Source: an uncultured Candidatus Cloacimonadota bacterium (GTDB lineage Bacteria > Cloacimonadota > Cloacimonadia > Cloacimonadales > TCS61). From it: DNA of 41,263 nt. The translations under genes were made by a program, and so were the position numbers. Position 1 is the stretch's first letter; each line of letters begins with the position of its first letter. The stretch lies in the NCBI GenBank assembly GCA_964419355.1, contig CAYQOZ010000003.1, positions 1 to 41,263 on the forward strand, read 5' to 3'. Shown piece after piece: positions 37,968-41,263 of the stretch. The notes under the pieces were generated by a model that saw nothing but the letters and a program-made list of their open reading frames with translations, did no database searches and was not told the DNA's origin.

Positions 37968-39125
37968 ATGGCAAAAAGAGATTATTATGAAGTTTTAGGT
38001 GTTGGGAAAAACGCTGATAATGCTGAAATAAAAAAGGCATATCGCAAGCTCGCAATGAAATATCATCCCGATAAAAATAAAGATAATAAAGCGGCTGAAG
38101 AGAAGTTCAAAGAAGCTTCCGAAGCTTATGAAGTGCTCAGCGATGCAGACAAAAAACAGCGTTATGACCAATTTGGTCATGCCGGAATGGAAGGTGCTTT
38201 TGGCGGTGGTGGTTTTAGCTGGGATAATTTTTCCCATGCTTCCGATTTTTCTGACCTTTTTGGTGGAGAAGGTTTGGGCGGAATTTTTGAACATCTTTTC
38301 GGTGGTGGATTTAGTGGTGGTGGAAGAAGTAGGCAACAAACAAATCGTGGGGAAGACCTGCAAATTTCTCTTTCATTAACTCTAGAAGAGATTTCTAAAG
38401 GTATCGAAAAAAAAATAAAAATAGGAATTCAAGACGTTTGTGATAGTTGTAATGGAAGTGGCTCGCAAGATGGAAATATCGAAACTTGTGGACAATGTCA
38501 CGGCTCGGGACGGGTGCGACAAATGACTCGTTCACTTTTTGGTCAGATGCAAACTATTGTAGAATGTCCTTCCTGTAATGGGAAAGGAAAAATTATTAAA
38601 AATAAGTGTAATAAATGTCGCGGAGATGGAAGAATTAAGAAAATCAAAACTGTAAAAATTACGATTCCAGCTGGAGTTTCTGAAGGTCAATATATTCGTC
38701 TGAGAGGAAAGGGAAATGTTGGTATGCAAAATGCTCCAAAAGGCGATATTCTCGTTTACATCAAAGAAAAAGAGCACAAAATTTTTGAGCGCAATGATGC
38801 AAATATTGTCTGTGAATTTCCGATTAGTTTTTCTCAAGCCGCTCTTGGAAGCGATATAGAAGTTCCTACTTTATCTGGAAAAATAAAAATGAAAATTCCT
38901 GCCGCTACGCAATCGGGCAAAATTTTTCGATTGCGAGCTCAAGGGTTACCACATGTTAATAGCACTTATCGTGGTGATCTTTATGTGAAAGTGATAGTGA
39001 TAACTCCCACAAGATTGAATGCGGAAGAAAAAAAATTATTGAATCAGCTATCAAAATTTGATTCGGATAAAAAATTGCATCCCGAAAAAAGTTTCTTCAA
39101 TAAAATGAAAGATTTTTTTGTGTGA
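37968..39125 (+). CDS. dnaJ: Chaperone DnaJ
   Basis: J domain with HPD, G/F-rich region and four CxxCxGxG repeats. Confidence 0.98.
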   Translation: MAKRDYYEVLGVGKNADNAEIKKAYRKLAMKYHPDKNKDNKAAEEKFKEASEAYEVLSDADKKQRYDQFGHAGMEGAFGGGGFSWDNFSHASDFSDLFGGEGLGGIFEHLFGGGFSGGGRSRQQTNRGEDLQISLSLTLEEISKGIEKKIKIGIQDVCDSCNGSGSQDGNIETCGQCHGSGRVRQMTRSLFGQMQTIVECPSCNGKGKIIKNKCNKCRGDGRIKKIKTVKITIPAGVSEGQYIRLRGKGNVGMQNAPKGDILVYIKEKEHKIFERNDANIVCEFPISFSQAALGSDIEVPTLSGKIKMKIPAATQSGKIFRLRAQGLPHVNSTYRGDLYVKVIVITPTRLNAEEKKLLNQLSKFDSDKKLHPEKSFFNKMKDFFV

Positions 39126-39142
39126 TGATTAATTTGTTGATT

Positions 39143-39169
39143 AAAGCGACTGAACGGTCGCTTTTTTTT
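39143..39169 (+). terminator. Intrinsic terminator of the dnaK operon
   Basis: AAAGCGAC-tgaacg-GTCGC followed by T8. Confidence 0.8.
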
Positions 39170-39185
39170 GTGCACAAAAAAAAGG

Positions 39186-39215
39186 TTGCAATAAATATTA
39201 GCATTTTAATTTTCG
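39186..39215 (+). promoter_or_regulatory. Putative promoter of the M1 peptidase
   Basis: TTGCAA-N18-TTTTCG. Confidence 0.45.
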
Positions 39216-39241
39216 GATAAGATAATAAATCTGGAGGAAAG

Positions 39242-41263
39242 ATGAGAAAAATAGCTCTGATTTTTTTGTTTATTTTGGTGGTCGAAATTGCTTACAGTTG
39301 TCCGCGTTGTGATAGATTGAAAAATGCGGTGGTCGAAATGCCACATTATGAAGCGGTAAGAGCCGATTCTGCCCATGGTTTTGATGTTTTACATTATGAT
39401 ATTTCTATGGAAATTGATGATGAAAATGGGTATATTTCTGGTGCGGTAACTACAATTGTGGAAGCGGAAGAGATGATGACCGAAATTTCTTATGAGCTCG
39501 ATGAAATGGTCGTTAGCAATGTTTTCCTAAATGGCAATTTGGCAGATTATGAGTATGAAAATAATCTAATTATAATTCAATTAGGCGAAATAAATGTTGG
39601 CGAACAATTCACAACTTCTGTGGTATATTCAGGAAATCCTATTTGGAATGGACTCGGAATGTCTTTTTCTGCAAATCATATGTTCACAATTTCCGACCCC
39701 AATGCTTCACGTTATTGGTGGCCATGTTACGATCATCCGTGGGATAAGGCAACTGTCGATTTACACATAACTTGCCGCGAAGATTGGGAAGTAGCAAGTA
39801 ACGGCATTTTAGATTCTATTGTGGAAAATGATAATGGAATGCGAACTCACAATTGGCTTGGCGAAAATCCGATGGCTACTTATTTAGTGTCACTTGTTGT
39901 CAGGGATTTGACCGAGTTAAACGATAGTTTTGAAGACATTCCAATTCAAAATTTTGTACCACCAAATATGGTTTCCAATGCGACGGAAGATTTCTCGAAT
40001 TTACCATTTATGATGGAAGTGTTTTCTCAACTTTACGGCGAATATCCTTTCGAAAAATACGGTAATGCTGTTACTAATTTTGCTACTTACAGTGCGATGG
40101 AACATCAAACGATGACAACTTTAGGAAATCAAAACATAAATGGAAATCACGGTGGCGAAGCGGTGATTGCCCACGAACTTTCGCATCAATGGTTTGGGAA
40201 TAGTCTCACCTGTCTAACTTGGAAAGATATCTGGCTTTCGGAAGGTTTTGCCACTTATTCAGAAGCACTCTACATGGAACAATGGCAAGGTTTTGATGCG
40301 ATGGTAGATTACATCGAAGCGAGCATTCACAGCTATTATATGAATTGGGCAGGAAGTGGTGCATACATAGTTTACGACCCACCTTCACCGAACGATTATT
40401 TCACACCGGCAACCTACGAAAAACCCGCTTCTGTTTTGCACATGTTGCGTCGTATTGTGGGTGATGATGCTTTTTTTGAAATTTTGCAAACATATTTCCA
40501 AACTTTTCACAATGGAAATGTGGTAACTGCAGATTTTATGCAAATTTGTGATGAAATTACCGAAAATGATTATCTCCCAACTTTCTTTGAAGATTGGATT
40601 TTTAAATCTGGTTTACCAACTTTTGAATACACCTATTTTGTGAATGATGACGAAACACAACTTTTAACTTTAGTAAAATCTACTTCAAACGGAACCGCCG
40701 AATTTTATTGGTTACCTGTTCCTATTCATCTGAATTATGGTATTTATTCCGACTCATTATTAGTTACATCCGGTCCGACTGGTAGCTCGGCTGTGCAATC
40801 AATTTCAGTGATTTCAGATGCCAACTTTGAATTCCAATTTGATCCTAATAGTTGGATTTTATTGCGAGGTGCAACCTTCAAAACTGCAGAAATAAACAAT
40901 GCCTATTCGGCTGACGGAAAAGTGGTAATTTTTTGGAATGAGTTTTGGGAAGGAGTTGAGGTGGACGGATACAATGTTTACCGCAGTTTAGATGAGAACG
41001 GCGAATTCATAAAACTAAATGATGAACTAATTACTGCCACGTATTTTGAAGATGATTTAGTGGAAAATGGCACTACCTATTATTACAAAATAAAAGTTAT
41101 AAAAGATGAAAATTTTGCATCAGCATTTTCTAATATTTACGCAGCAACTCCCATCGAATTTCCAATGAATCAAGGGATTTTAGTAGTTGACGGAACAAAT
41201 AATGGTAACGGAAATCAGGGCTTTCCAAATGATGAAATGGTTGATGAATTTTATCAAAATGTA
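39242..41263 (+). CDS. Secreted M1 family zinc aminopeptidase with a downstream Fn3-like domain (partial, runs off the window)
   Basis: SD GGAGG and signal peptide MRKIALIF. In-frame SAMEHQTM (from 40091), HELSHQWFGN (from 40172), WLSEGFATYSE and later YNVYRS. Confidence 0.9.
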   Translation, partial: MRKIALIFLFILVVEIAYSCPRCDRLKNAVVEMPHYEAVRADSAHGFDVLHYDISMEIDDENGYISGAVTTIVEAEEMMTEISYELDEMVVSNVFLNGNLADYEYENNLIIIQLGEINVGEQFTTSVVYSGNPIWNGLGMSFSANHMFTISDPNASRYWWPCYDHPWDKATVDLHITCREDWEVASNGILDSIVENDNGMRTHNWLGENPMATYLVSLVVRDLTELNDSFEDIPIQNFVPPNMVSNATEDFSNLPFMMEVFSQLYGEYPFEKYGNAVTNFATYSAMEHQTMTTLGNQNINGNHGGEAVIAHELSHQWFGNSLTCLTWKDIWLSEGFATYSEALYMEQWQGFDAMVDYIEASIHSYYMNWAGSGAYIVYDPPSPNDYFTPATYEKPASVLHMLRRIVGDDAFFEILQTYFQTFHNGNVVTADFMQICDEITENDYLPTFFEDWIFKSGLPTFEYTYFVNDDETQLLTLVKSTSNGTAEFYWLPVPIHLNYGIYSDSLLVTSGPTGSSAVQSISVISDANFEFQFDPNSWILLRGATFKTAEINNAYSADGKVVIFWNEFWEGVEVDGYNVYRSLDENGEFIKLNDELITATYFEDDLVENGTTYYYKIKVIKDENFASAFSNIYAATPIEFPMNQGILVVDGTNNGNGNQGFPNDEMVDEFYQNV

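Noticed and set aside
1-41263. CRISPR array, transposase, integrase or prophage genes
   Set aside because: No regularly spaced repeat-spacer array and no ORF with recombinase, transposase or phage motifs was seen.

Overview
AT-rich bacterial chromosomal window. The gene set and the 'YNIKGQKVKT...SGIYFY.L...TKK.LL.K' C-terminal sorting domains suggest FCB superphylum, probably Cloacimonadota (inference). It is mostly housekeeping and envelope DNA: DUF58/TPR/barrel cluster, bamA, a 7TM-HD/ybeY/CorC-like operon, a LysM-lipoprotein pair, addAB-like helicase-nuclease, Na+/solute symporter, gpsA, tRNA-Val(GAC), ruvB, a C25 peptidase, a cold-shock protein, hrcA-grpE-dnaK-dnaJ with two CIRCE boxes, and a partial M1 aminopeptidase. 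Four things stand out. (1) An 825-aa triple fusion of glucose-6-phosphate isomerase, a winged-HTH and a MacroD macrodomain, with a 14/16-nt direct repeat flanking the HTH module. (2) An integrase-less, integron-like cassette block at about 104-1930 carrying rtcB and an orphan ORF, in which all three putative sites read ATT where GTT is expected. (3) A recurring non-TATAAT promoter-like motif (TTGACN or TTGCMA, 18 nt, then a T-rich hexamer ending in G or GT) at ten intergenic positions. (4) A 40-codon dapA remnant that looks like an in-frame internal deletion. All calls were made by eye from motifs; no database searches were run.
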